Source: Candidatus Omnitrophota bacterium
GTDB lineage: Bacteria; Omnitrophota; Gorgyraeia; JAFGGP01
DNA: 64,000 nt
Reading direction: 5' to 3'
Assembly (NCBI GenBank): GCA_016930485.1
Contig: JAFGGP010000030.1
Span: 2,745-66,744 of the forward strand
Position numbers and translations under genes: made by a program
Shown here: positions 12,701 to 24,700 of the stretch, piece after piece
How the letters are laid out: every line of letters starts with the position of its first letter
Position numbering within the stretch: the stretch's first letter is position 1
The notes under the pieces: model-generated
Database searches by the model: none
The model's input: the letters and a program-made list of their open reading frames with translations, nothing else
Told to the model about the DNA's origin: nothing

Positions 12701-15700
12701 GCAAAGGCATCGCTCACCTTCTGCATTTCCGTGTTAAATTGTTGTGTCGCTGCATCATCGCCACCCGGCACACTGCCTATGCTGCCGGTAAAGGCAATCG
12801 GCATAAACGGCACGGCCTCAAGCATCCGCGGCACCCCGGTGAAAAGATCGAGGCCCCCACCAACCCCCGGGGCCTTTAGCGCGGCCAGGTGCGTTTCAAC
12901 CCCGCTGGCCGGTGCCGCGCCGAACGGGTTGAGGTCTACGCCAAGGAGGTAGAGCGCGATAAGGGTAATGCCCACGGTAACGGTTATGCCGATCAGGGCC
13001 GCCTTCTGCCGCCCTGAGAGTGTCGGCCACCGGCGGACGATAGACCTGCCCACCAGGAAGACCGCAGTCCCTACAAAAAGCCACGGCAGTGCCGAGGCTA
13101 TAGCACCGACTACCCCGGCAAGACCGCTTGAAAAGATCCGCGGCAGAAGATTTGCCGAGAGCAGAAAAACGGTAGACCCGAGCCCTCCGCCATGCACCCG
13201 GCCGCGGCCACCCCGGGCCGCCGGCGCTCTCACGTCCGCAGTCGCCTTCGTCATACCGGCGGTCGGCGCCCTTGGGCCCCACATCATCATCGCCCCCATC
13301 TGGAGTCTCTCGTTAAAACTCCTGGCCGCAAACGCCCCGTGGACCCACAGCATGGAGTCACCGCCCGGGTCAATAACCAGTGCGTCGGTCACCTTTAGTT
13401 CATCCCGTAAAAATGCGGCCATCTGCCTGAGGGTCCCGCCCATGCGGTTTGACTTGCCCTTGAATATAATCTCGAGGATCTTCCCGTCATCGCGCCTGGC
13501 AAGGATATGATGCGGATGGATGCCGGGATACAGAATAACCCTGACCTTGCCTCTGGCCTCGTCAATAGCAAAGTCTCCTTCCTTAGTTACCTCATCCCAC
13601 CCCCTGGGCCTGTACTCCTGCCCGCGTACGATGCCCTGACGCTGAAACCATCCGGTCAGATCCGCGGCATTCGGTACAACCGTTACGATCTCCCCGTCAA
13701 CCACCTTGTTATACCGCATATCAAGCTCGACCGGTTCCCCCTGCGCGACTTTGTCGAACAGTTCCCCATTCAGCGTGGTCGGGTCAACGTAACACTGGTC
13801 CACCCCGAAATGCGACAGGGAGTCGGGTACGAACGGAAAATCCGCAATCCACCTCACGTCATAGTAGAGATCCAGCACATCTGTTATCGGCACTATGCTG
13901 CCGGTATCCTCTCCGGGTTTTCTGAAGATAAGCGGCGGTGAGGTAAGGAACTCCTGGACCGTCCCGGTGATATCCTCTCCGGTGTCCGCGTCGTAAATCT
14001 CCCGGTACCGGTTGATGGTAATCCTCCTGAACCCCTGCGTACCCTCTACACCTTTAACAAACGCATAGTAGACAAACTCGCCATCAAACCGTTGCTCCTC
14101 ACCGGTTACATGAAACCATCCCTTATCCTTGATATAGCCGACAACGCCCGGGTTGGCAAAGAGCGTGCCCGCGCCGGTAATGACCTCGGGGGCTACTTTG
14201 TGCTCCGCCATAAAGGACCTGGCATGTTCGGAGAGTGTCATCATGTCCTTGCGCATGGTAGTAGCGGGATCCGTGTCCCAGCCTACCTCGCCATCGGAAC
14301 TCACATATCTGCCTATGCCGGTATTCCGCAGCATGCCTGAGCCGAGATTGCGGGATTCCTGGACGCTGAGATAAAACTCAAGCTCTGATGGATCTATTTC
14401 TTTAATAATCACCTGGGTAGAACCGCCGCGCTCACTCTCAAACGGCAGCATAGTGTATCTCTGCGACAGGTCCGCATCTCCGGTCAGAAGGCCAAACGTC
14501 ACCCCGCCTGCCTGCGACCGGTCTTTTGCCTCGCCCCCGGTCCGTATCCCCACTACAACCGGCCCGGTAAGAGCAAGTTCATTGATGGCACCCAGATACC
14601 GCTGGAGCGCCTCCTCCGAGGGCGGACCGTAGTCACCGACAGGATTGAGCGGCAACGCCTTGATGTGGATATGGTTGGTATAGCCTTCTTCATGGGCCAC
14701 TTTATGGATAATCGTGGCAAGACGCCGTGCCTGTTCGGGCGTGTCATTGATCCCCTCTATCAGTGGCACCCGTACATCAAGACGCGACCTGTTGTGAATC
14801 GCCCTGTCATAGGCGATTGCGGCCTTGACGATTTCGGCAACCGTAGACATCGGTTGCTTCCTGTCGATCAGTGCGTTCCTGGTATCCTCATCTCCGGACA
14901 GAATAGAAAGGTCGAGCATCGGGGCACGCAGAGTACCGGTGAAGCCCTTCTTTACAACCGCTTTCTGCAGTTCCCCGATCTTTTCGGCGTCTACCCCCAC
15001 GGTCTGAATCCGGCACTTTGAGATGACCTTATCCTTCTCCAATTTGTAAACGGCGTCTACTATCTCATTGATATTATTCAGCGGTTCGCCTATCCCCATA
15101 CAGCTCAGCTGTAAATTTTCCCCGGTGCCGTACTCTTCCAGAATGTTATCCCTGACAAACTGAAGTCCGAGCGTCACCTGATCCCTTAATTCCTCCGCGT
15201 TGAGACTGTGGGCAATTAACCTATCCTCATGGGTAGCCTTTCCTGTTGCGCAGTAAAGGCACCCCTCATGACACCCCGTATCGGTCGATATGCTTATGGA
15301 ATGGAGTCCGCGTCTGAGTACCGCCACTGTTTCAATAGTCAGATTCTTGAATCGTTTGAGTTTAAACTCCATTCTGATCACGCGGCTCTCCAGGTCGGCG
15401 TCAACCTTCATAAGGGTAAGGGCGTTGCTTGTGTAGCTCTCCGGCTCTACCGTCTCGCCAAATACAGAAGGATTCTCCGCTCTGATGCCGGCATATTTGA
15501 TATATCCCGTCTCGTTTATAAGGATGCGCTGCGTTGTGTCGGGAGCGACGTAATATATCCGGTATCCCCTGCCGTATATCTTCGCGTCTCTATCAAGCTC
15601 GATAAGCCTGCCCCACTCCGCGGTCTTCCACTGCGTGAATAACAACTCCTCTGCCCGTGCCGCGCCAAGGGGCTGACCGGGATCGTTGTTAATGCTCTCA

Positions 15701-18700
15701 ATTAATTCACTCCCCGGAAGATCAGGGGGCGCCGGTGTGAAATCGGGCTGAAGTCCGTCGTCTACGTGGCTGTCCTCGATGCTGCCTACCCCGCCCGGCA
15801 GCACAACGACACCGAAGCGGAGGAACCTGGGGAGAACTCTTGATAGGTTAACGTCGTGCGTCAGCAACATGAAAACCGTAAATGTCAGCAGTATGGCACC
15901 CAGCGCAATGCCGGCGATGATTGTGGTCTTCTTCCATCTCGGCAGGTCGCGGAAGCGGGCGAGGAGGCTTTTCTTCTGAAAAGCCGGCACCTCTCTCAGG
16001 CTGTGCCCCTTAAGTTGTGCAAAGATCCTTAGGAATTGTGCGCCACCCTTCTGGAATTCAAGCGTCTTAGAGTGCAGGGGTCGCCTGGCAAACTTATCAA
16101 GGTGTGTGGCAGCGCCAAATAAGATAGGGATGGTAACAACATTTTCCTCTGGAATAATCTCCTCTATCTCCTCTTCGGTAACATCCTCATGCGTGTCATT
16201 GGGTGCATCACCCAGTAATGCATAGGCGGTGCACTGACGGGGCGTAAGCGGTGTCTCAAATGCTCCTTTCTCTTTAAAAAACTCTAAGGCTCGTAGGGCG
16301 GTTGAATGCTTATCTGCTACACTTATGTCAACAGCAGTGCTGCTGTATACCCGACAGAGGCTGTCCGGTATATCATTCTGGATTGATGCAAGAATTACAG
16401 CAAGGAGTACTGTCAGATCTGTCTGATTGTTTTTGGCAGCTGCCGCTGGTGTAACGGCCTTTTTGAGATGCTCACTGGACTTGAGCAGATCCAGGGTAAG
16501 TTGCCCTTTATCCGCGGGTAACTTGATAAAGAGGTCGCCTAAAATCTCGTGCGCCTGCGGGTCTACGGCAAAGTAGTCATGCTCGTCACCGCGTTCTTGC
16601 TTCTGCCACTTACTACGCAATGACACGTCTTTCCACCGATCGATATCGCTATCGGTAATCTGTTGGTCTGATGCGATGCTCAGCGCTTCTCTATATTGTT
16701 TAAGTTCGTCAAAAAATGCCTCTTTATACCGTCTGGATAGCTTTTTAATGTTTTTGCTATCAATGTGTCCGGGGGGCCACGCTTTGTCTTTTTGATAATC
16801 GTTATCCTTATTAAAGTAGAAGGCGCCGTTACCACTGTTGAAGGCTACCAGAAGTTTGCCAAGGAGATATTCTTTATTGGTTGCCTTTAGAATAGGCTTA
16901 ATAACATCGATAACATACTCTTCTATTACCTTTTCAGTCTCACCGGTAAGGATGATAAAGAGGTCAACCTCCTCGAGTGCCTTAAGAAAGGCGTCCAGAC
17001 ACTCTCCCTCCAGTATTTTTTCACCAACAGTATTGAAGTAATCTGCAATAACTATGCTGCGGCCCACTTGTTCTTTGGGGAGTCTGAACCAGGAAGGAAC
17101 GGTGAGATCCATGGTGAGATGCCCTAACCATATCATAAACGCATCAGCGGCCGCATTATAGTCAGCATAGATTATCGCAGGCTCACCCTGCCCCTCACCT
17201 ACCGGCTGTCCTTTCATCCTTTCAGCACTCACAAACAGCACTCCGGCAATGCCGATTTTCTTGGCTGCGCCGATATCCGTTTCGAGAGAATCTCCAATCA
17301 CAACGCACTGATCTTTCGGAATTTTCTTTTTTCTAATCACTTCTTCCATGATTTCGTCTTTCCCGACAAATGTTCCCTTATTATCTACCTGCTGGGAATG
17401 TATCTCACTGAAGCAATTATTGATACCCAGTGCCTCTGTCTCAGCGGTCAATCGATCGTAACCTGCAGCACTCGCAATAACCAGCTCAACCCCTTCAATT
17501 TGACTTAGTGCGTGAATTCTCTCAATGGCCCCGGGCAGTACCGGCGGTATGCCGTGGTAGTCTCTTTCCAGAATGAATCTGTAATTGCGTGTGTAGATCT
17601 CGAGAAACCCCTCTTCGGTCAGTTCCCCAATAGAAATATTATAATCCTGAAATACACTCTGCATGTGTCGCATGCGTTCAAGGGGAGGCACTATATCTTC
17701 CCGTTCATGCCGCTCCATTTCTCTTACTATCGCCTCTCGCGTCTCCTGCGGGATGTCTTGTTGGCTTCTCTTAAAGAACTCGGCACACATATATTTCCAT
17801 GCCGCGATACAAAGTGATTGAGTGTCAACTATTGTGTTATCCCAGTCTATGAAAATCAGCCGCGCTGGTTTTGACATATCGCGCGCCTCGCGTTGTACAA
17901 AACCGGGCTGCGGTGCGCTGATTGCTTGAGGCCGGCTCGGCAGGACGCTGCCTGCGTTTTTCTGACTGATTTCCTCGTTGATGAGTCGCATCACCTGCGC
18001 CTGTTTTGAGCGGCTCACATCTGTAAAGGTTTGGCGAAATAGCATATAGCTTACATGATGCTGCAGGGCCGCCAGCCTTTCTTGTTCAATGGCGGTTGCA
18101 GACTGTGCCTCTGCCGCATAATCCGTAAGCCACGACTGGATAGCCACGCGAATCTTCACATTGTCGTTCCGTCCCTTGGCAGGTCTAATCCATATCATCA
18201 GTTTCGTTGCCGTTGTTGAGATAATAATCGCGACCGTAAGCGGCAGTATAATCATCGCAAGGGCAAGGCCTCTTATAACCCGTGGGGTGCGGGGCAGGCT
18301 AAATACCTTTATATCCGCGGTATGAGGATTTTTATTATCGTTGAGTTGGCCATCCGGAGTTATAATCTGCACCCTGCCAAGGCGCGTCGGCACATAACGG
18401 GTAAAGAGGCCGTCATAGAGGGCTTTGAATAGGGGCTTTAATCCGCCAGAGCCACTTTCTAATAATTTTGTTATGATATAGCGAAGTTCTCTGAATGTAC
18501 TCTCTGAATATCGCGTATACCATATAATCACATTTCTTACATTAAAATAGGTCCAAAAGGCTCCTCGTGAACCTCCGGTTGCCTGCATGCTTTTATGGTA
18601 GACAGCGATGCGCGGATTGAATAGCGTTTCGTAGTTAAACTCCCGGTAGCGGGTGGCGAGTTCTGGATCCTCGTCATACATGAAAAACCGGTTATCATAG

Positions 18701-21700
18701 TTCCCCAGAAGCAATAGAGTCCATGAGGGGAACGCCATAAAACTGGGGGCATGCGAAGCCTTGACTATTTCGCCTTTCTCTAATACCTGCAGCTCATCCT
18801 GCCCATCAGCCAGGTACATGGAAAATGTCTGATCGACCGGATAGGCCAATGCCTGCCCATGCTCATCGAACCGCGTGGAATACATATATCGGGCAGCACC
18901 CATCGTTGCCACACGGTCGGCATTGTTCTTGATGCCGTCAACCGTTGCCTGAAATGCGTTTCTATCAAAGGTAATGTCATTGTTAACGGCAATCACCAGG
19001 CCGGGATCAAGTTTATTCATGGCATGCTCAGTGCCCAGGTTATAGCCGCCTGCTGTGCCTCCATTGGTGATCCATTCATTAGTTTGTTGCTGTGCCTTGA
19101 CATTTGCCGGGTCCAGTTCGCCTTTTATAAACGTAATTTTGAGGCCTTCGGGCTTGTCTTTGGTGAAGATATCTGGCCCTTCATAGATAGCTGATTCTTT
19201 GTTTCCGTACCGGTCAAAGAAGTTGTCAGGGGAATTATTATCCACGATAATAAGGTCGATTTTATCCATCGGATAATCTATGTTATAGAGCGAGCGCACC
19301 AGATCCAGCGTGTCTTTTTCACCTACACCGCCCTCTTTGCCCCAGTGCAATACTACAAGGCTTATTCGCGGATAGTCCTCTTTAAGGAATGCCTTTTTTC
19401 TTTCTTCAACACTGTTTTGGGAAAGCCACATAAGGTTATTGAGCCAGTTCTTCCTGCCGTTATAGTCGCGCCTGTCGAGCCAGCCGATGCGCCGAGTGAG
19501 TATTGTGCGTGCGCTGGGATTTCTCGTCTCTGCCTGATCAAGGAGGGCCTGCACCCGCGGGTCTTTCAGCGGCTTAGGAGCAAAGGCAAGGGCGTGGATG
19601 TCCTGTTCTGTTAATACAGGCTGCTGAGATAAGTCCCTGTCGCGGCTCTTTATCATCCCTTTCCCCACAATTATCATCGGCGCGGCGTGTTTGAGGGTGT
19701 CCAGAGCCGCACCGTGGGTCACAGTAGCACCCATGGTTGGGGACAGGCCTTCGCCAATTCCCGGAACCAACTCAGGAGCCTCGGGCATTATTGCCGGCGC
19801 GCCCTCGGTAAGAAGCGGGGTTTCAACTCCGGGAGTTAACATGACCTCGGGGGTTGCGATGGGCGCGTTCGACCAGAAGTCTATTGCTTTTAGCCACGGC
19901 ACGTCGGTAGTGAAAATCAGGACAAGACATGCCACTGCTACGGCACCCAGCGCAATGCCGGTGATGATGAGCGCCTTTTTCCTGGGTGACAAGCGGGCGA
20001 GGGGAGAACGGGGTATAATAGTCGCTGTCTTCGCCTGCATAAAGATATCTATTTGATTCGCGATCACCTCTTCTGTCTGGCTATACGTATTACCGCGCGT
20101 TGCATTGGCCGCGCTTACCAGGTAGCCTTCGAAAATGCGTTCAAGTGCGGTGATTAGTTCTGCTTTTTCCTCCTGTGTCTTTGCATGTTCATAGGCATCG
20201 AGAAAAGCAAATGTTACAGCACCCCAATCCGCTGCGGTAATGGAAACTGAGTCTTTGTCAAGCCCCGTCTGTCCTGAGAGTCTCTTATAGATATCTTCGG
20301 GTAAGAGGCTCTGGTATATTTCCGAAAACTGCCCCATGCCCTCTGCAAATCCCTGATAGAGTTCGTCGGTGTTAAGTCTCTCGGTCTTATTCGGTAACGC
20401 CCCGTTTTGCTTCTGCCATGTCTCGGCATTGAAGGTATCGGCAAACGGCTCTTCTTTTGGCTGCACCGTGGCAATGTTCTGCCAGTATTTTTTCTCTGAT
20501 AAGAGGATATCAAACAAGTTTGAGACGGTAGCGATAAACCGTTCGCGTATGGGATGTGGCATCGGGAGATGAATCTTCCTTCCTATAAACACATTGGCAA
20601 CCTTCGCGTCAGGATTGCGCAAAGACCGTGCTCCCATCCACTGATCCTGTCCTATAATAGAATTCCACATAGTCCAGTTCTTTCTGAAATTTCTGGTTTG
20701 TTGCGGATGAAATCCCCAGTCACCGCCACCCAGTTCGCGTAAATGCCTGCCGTATACAGCGCTAAACAGCGGATAGTAGAGCCAATCGGTTATTATCCCG
20801 TCCGCATCCTGTGTGTAATTTCGCCAGTATTCGGGTGACACCACATCATAGCCCGCGAGCTGAGGCGCGATATATGCCTTGACCCAGTCCTCGGTTATAC
20901 TTTCAAGGTCGCCGTCAACAAAGGCAATAGCATCGGCATCTAACTCACCGCCCAGGTCACAGATAGACCGCACACCCCACCCTTTTCCTTTAACCGGCAG
21001 TGTCAGGGTAAAACGATGGATGCCCTCTGTTTCAGGGACCGCTTCGGCAATCCGGGCAACTTCCTGTGAGACGGAACCCGGTCCGCCCGATGGAATAATA
21101 ACAATATTCGCCTCAGGGTAGTATTTTTTCGCGCCTTCTTCGAGGGTCTTAATTACCTTGGGAACTGTATCTTTTTCATTAAAGAAATTCACACCCAATA
21201 CAATAACAGGCTGATTTTCTTTGAAATGCTGTTTCAGCTGGCGCGCCTTCTTTTTCCACGGCTTCATGTTGTGTTGGTACCTCAGATATGTCTTGAGGTT
21301 TTTGAAATTCGCCTTCGGAACGGTTCTTGTTATCTCGCTGCGCTCGCCGGTGACACTGCCGGTTAATCCGGGAATCACAAGGGTGCCGGCCACGGCAGGT
21401 AAGGTATGTTGAACGGCCGGTGTCTGCTGGAACACCTGACCAGCGCCTCTAAGGGCCTCAGGCATGGTCTGCTTCATAGCATCGATCCCTGAGGCCCCGA
21501 ACTCAGCCGCTTTAACTCCCAATTCCGGGGTTGTAGTTTTTAGAACCTCGGGGGCAAGCGTGGTAAGTTGCTTTGCCGCATTCGGCCAGAAGTCAATGAC
21601 CGGCATGTCAAACCAGTAGCCAAGGGCAATGTATATAGCAGCAAGTATGCCAACCGCGGCAAGTGCAATGAATGCCTTTTGACGGGTTGGCAGCGCATGG

Positions 21701-24700
21701 AAGCGGGCGAAGAGGGATTTTTGTGAAGGCTGTTTCTGGAATCTGTCAATCCTATCCAGCCGCCGGCCGCGGATGCGGTTAACGAGCCTGAGATACTGCC
21801 CGCCACCCTTCTCAATACCAATACTGGAGTGTGCCGGGGTGTTTGTAAATTTATCCAGATTGTGCTCAGGGCCCAGAAAGATGGGGGCTACCGCGACAGG
21901 TCCTGTGATCAGCTTTTTGAAATCCTTTGCGCGCAATTCAAGATGCAGGTCATTGGGCGCGTCTCCCATAAGCGAGACCAGGGTACAGCCGCCGCGGCGG
22001 GGCTTTTTCTTGAGGGTAGAGTCGAACAATGTCAGGGCACGAAGGGCGCTCGACTGTTTATCCTCCATACACACATCAACCGCCTCACTGCTAAAGACCA
22101 CGTGTCTTGCCTCTGTCTCTCGGACATCCCCCCTGATTGAACCGGTAATCGCGCCTAAGAGAGGCGTTATGTCAACCTCTCCCTTTTTGAGAGTAGCCTC
22201 AGGGGTAATGGCATCCGTAAAGTTTTTGCTTAGTTCATCAAGTGACATGATGAGAGTCAGCTGTCCGCCGTCTTCTGAAAGCCGCACCGCGATATCCCCT
22301 AAAAACCCGAGGGCATCAGGAGGGAGAAAGTGATCAAGTCGTGACGCCTTGGTTGTCTGGGTAAATTCTTTGCTCGTTTCAGCTGCTGAAACTGTCCGCC
22401 ATGTGTCAGGTTTATCAGGGTCGCATGTCTTTTCCAGGGCATACGCTTGCCACGTATTTATCTGTTCATCGGTTATCCTGAGCTTGTCCTTATATGTCCT
22501 GATCTGCTCAAAAAACCGGGTTTTAAGCTTCTCGCTGAGTGACATCACGGTCTCGGACGGTATTATCTCAGGCGGCCACGCATCCTGCATCTCATAACTA
22601 TCATCAGGAAACCAGAATGCCCCATTGCCTGAGTTATAGACAACCACGAGTTTTCTGAGGAGATGGAGCTTGTTCTGCTTTTGTAGTTCGGGCTTGATTA
22701 TGTCTATAAGATCGACGACCTTTGAGTCTTTTGTGTCTCCGGTCAGAACGACTACCACATCCTGTGTCTCAAGCGCCTCAATCAAGTCATCCCGCTCTTC
22801 TTCGCTCAGTTCGTACACTCCGAGGGTATGGCGGTAATCCGCTATCGTCACCTGCCGGTCGACTCTTTTATGCGGCAGCTTCATGCCCTTGGGCAAGGTG
22901 AGGGTGATGTCGGGTAGGTTGGCGAGCCAACTCTCTTTTTCTTTGCTGGTAATACCCTGTTTCTGGTGGCGCAGGTTGGCAACGATACTGGTGAGTTTTT
23001 TATTGGTGCCGTCTACTGTTTCGTTTAAGAGTGTGCGCAGGGCATTGACCGAGGCAAGGGTCTCTATTTTTCCATCGTGGGCATTCTTTTCTATAAAGGA
23101 GAAGGTTTCCTGCACTACCTCAGGACTGTCTTTACCCCTCAGGATATTCTGGAATTTGTCATTGCCGTTTACAAAGATATCGATGGTATTAAACGTATTA
23201 AAGAGGAGTTTCATGTCTTCGATAGAGATAGAAATGCCCAGGGCTTCCTGACCTTTTTCGGCTTCCTTCAGGAAATCCTTATACTGGCGCATGGGGTGGT
23301 AGCGGAGAAAAAGTCTGAGCTCGGGGGAAAGCTCGATGCCCTTTGCCTCGGCTACTTCAACCGCGTGCTCACCGGGTGAGAACGCGTGGAGCAGGTAGTG
23401 GCGTTCTTGCTCTGAAAGAATCTCGCCAAAGACCTCCCGGTTCTTTGCATCGCTAAAGGCCCATTCTTTAAATTCTTCATATGAGGTAAAGTCGCTTGAG
23501 CGCTCGCGCACATCAAATTTTTCCTTGGTAATCTCGTTGAACCGGGCGGTTGCCTTACGGGCCTCCTCGCTATCCGGGTTCTGTGCTGCCTTGCGGCTCA
23601 TCAGTATCGGGAAGCCGATCTCGTGGAGGATGATCATCCGGTGGCCAAAGCCTCTGACCCTTTCATCCATATTCATCCGGTCGGCCATTTCATCAAAGAG
23701 CCCGGTTGCCTCTGCGGCATGATACTTTCCCGGGCCTTCGTTATATAAAGCAAGGGTTTTTTTGTCTGAGAGCCCTGCAGGGTCGATTGTTTTCTTTTTC
23801 GCGGTCTTAATACTCCCTGTCATCCCCGGCAGTATCAGCGTGCCGGCGCCGATGTCAAAGAGCCGGTGGCTGTCGGCAAGTACTTTAGCGGCGTCTGCCT
23901 GGGTAAAGCCGGACGCGGTGATGCGGAGGGCGCCTTCGTTGGACAGGATAAACTGCTCACCGCCCGGCCCCTGGAAAAGGGCGAGCTTTCCCTCGATATC
24001 GCCTGAAAGATGCGAGAACCAGTCAGGGTTCACCTCGATGTGCTGGGCGTTCGCGTAGGCAATCGCAAAGGCCAGAAGGGCAAGGGCACACAGGGCCCCG
24101 ATCCATACATACTTCCTCCCCCGCACGCGCGCCCGCTTGATGTTATCTTCTGAGTTTGCACTTAAGAGACGGCGCAGCGACCCCGGCACCCAGTTAAGAA
24201 GCAGCTGGTGCGGCAGGGGCGCGACACCGCGCAGGAGGTCGTGGTAGCGCTCGGTATCCACGTCCTCCTTTGAGACCGGCGAGACAACGGCATAGGACAT
24301 ATGTTTTTCTCTGAGGAGTTCGGCGATACCGCGGGTGTGAAATCCGCCGGCAATTAACACATAGACAGGGGTTCGCGGGTGCTCGGGTTCGCGGGTGCTC
24401 GGGTTTTGTTGATCTTTGAACCCGCTCACTTGCGAACTCGCTAACTCGTCAATCTGTTTAAGTGTGTTGTTGACCATCACCGCGTCGCGCTTATGGACCG
24501 TGTCGTAAAAGGCCTGAAAGGCGCCGAGCCGCGCGTCGAGGAGCGCCGGGTCATACTGTACCTTTGTCTTTATCATATAGGGGCGGCGCCGGGGCTCGAT
24601 GAAACTCCGGAAGCGCTCGACAGAGATCTCACTTTTGTGCCCCTCAAACCACGCGAATTCATCGCGCGATATCTTGAGGTCAACGAACCTTGTTAAAAAC

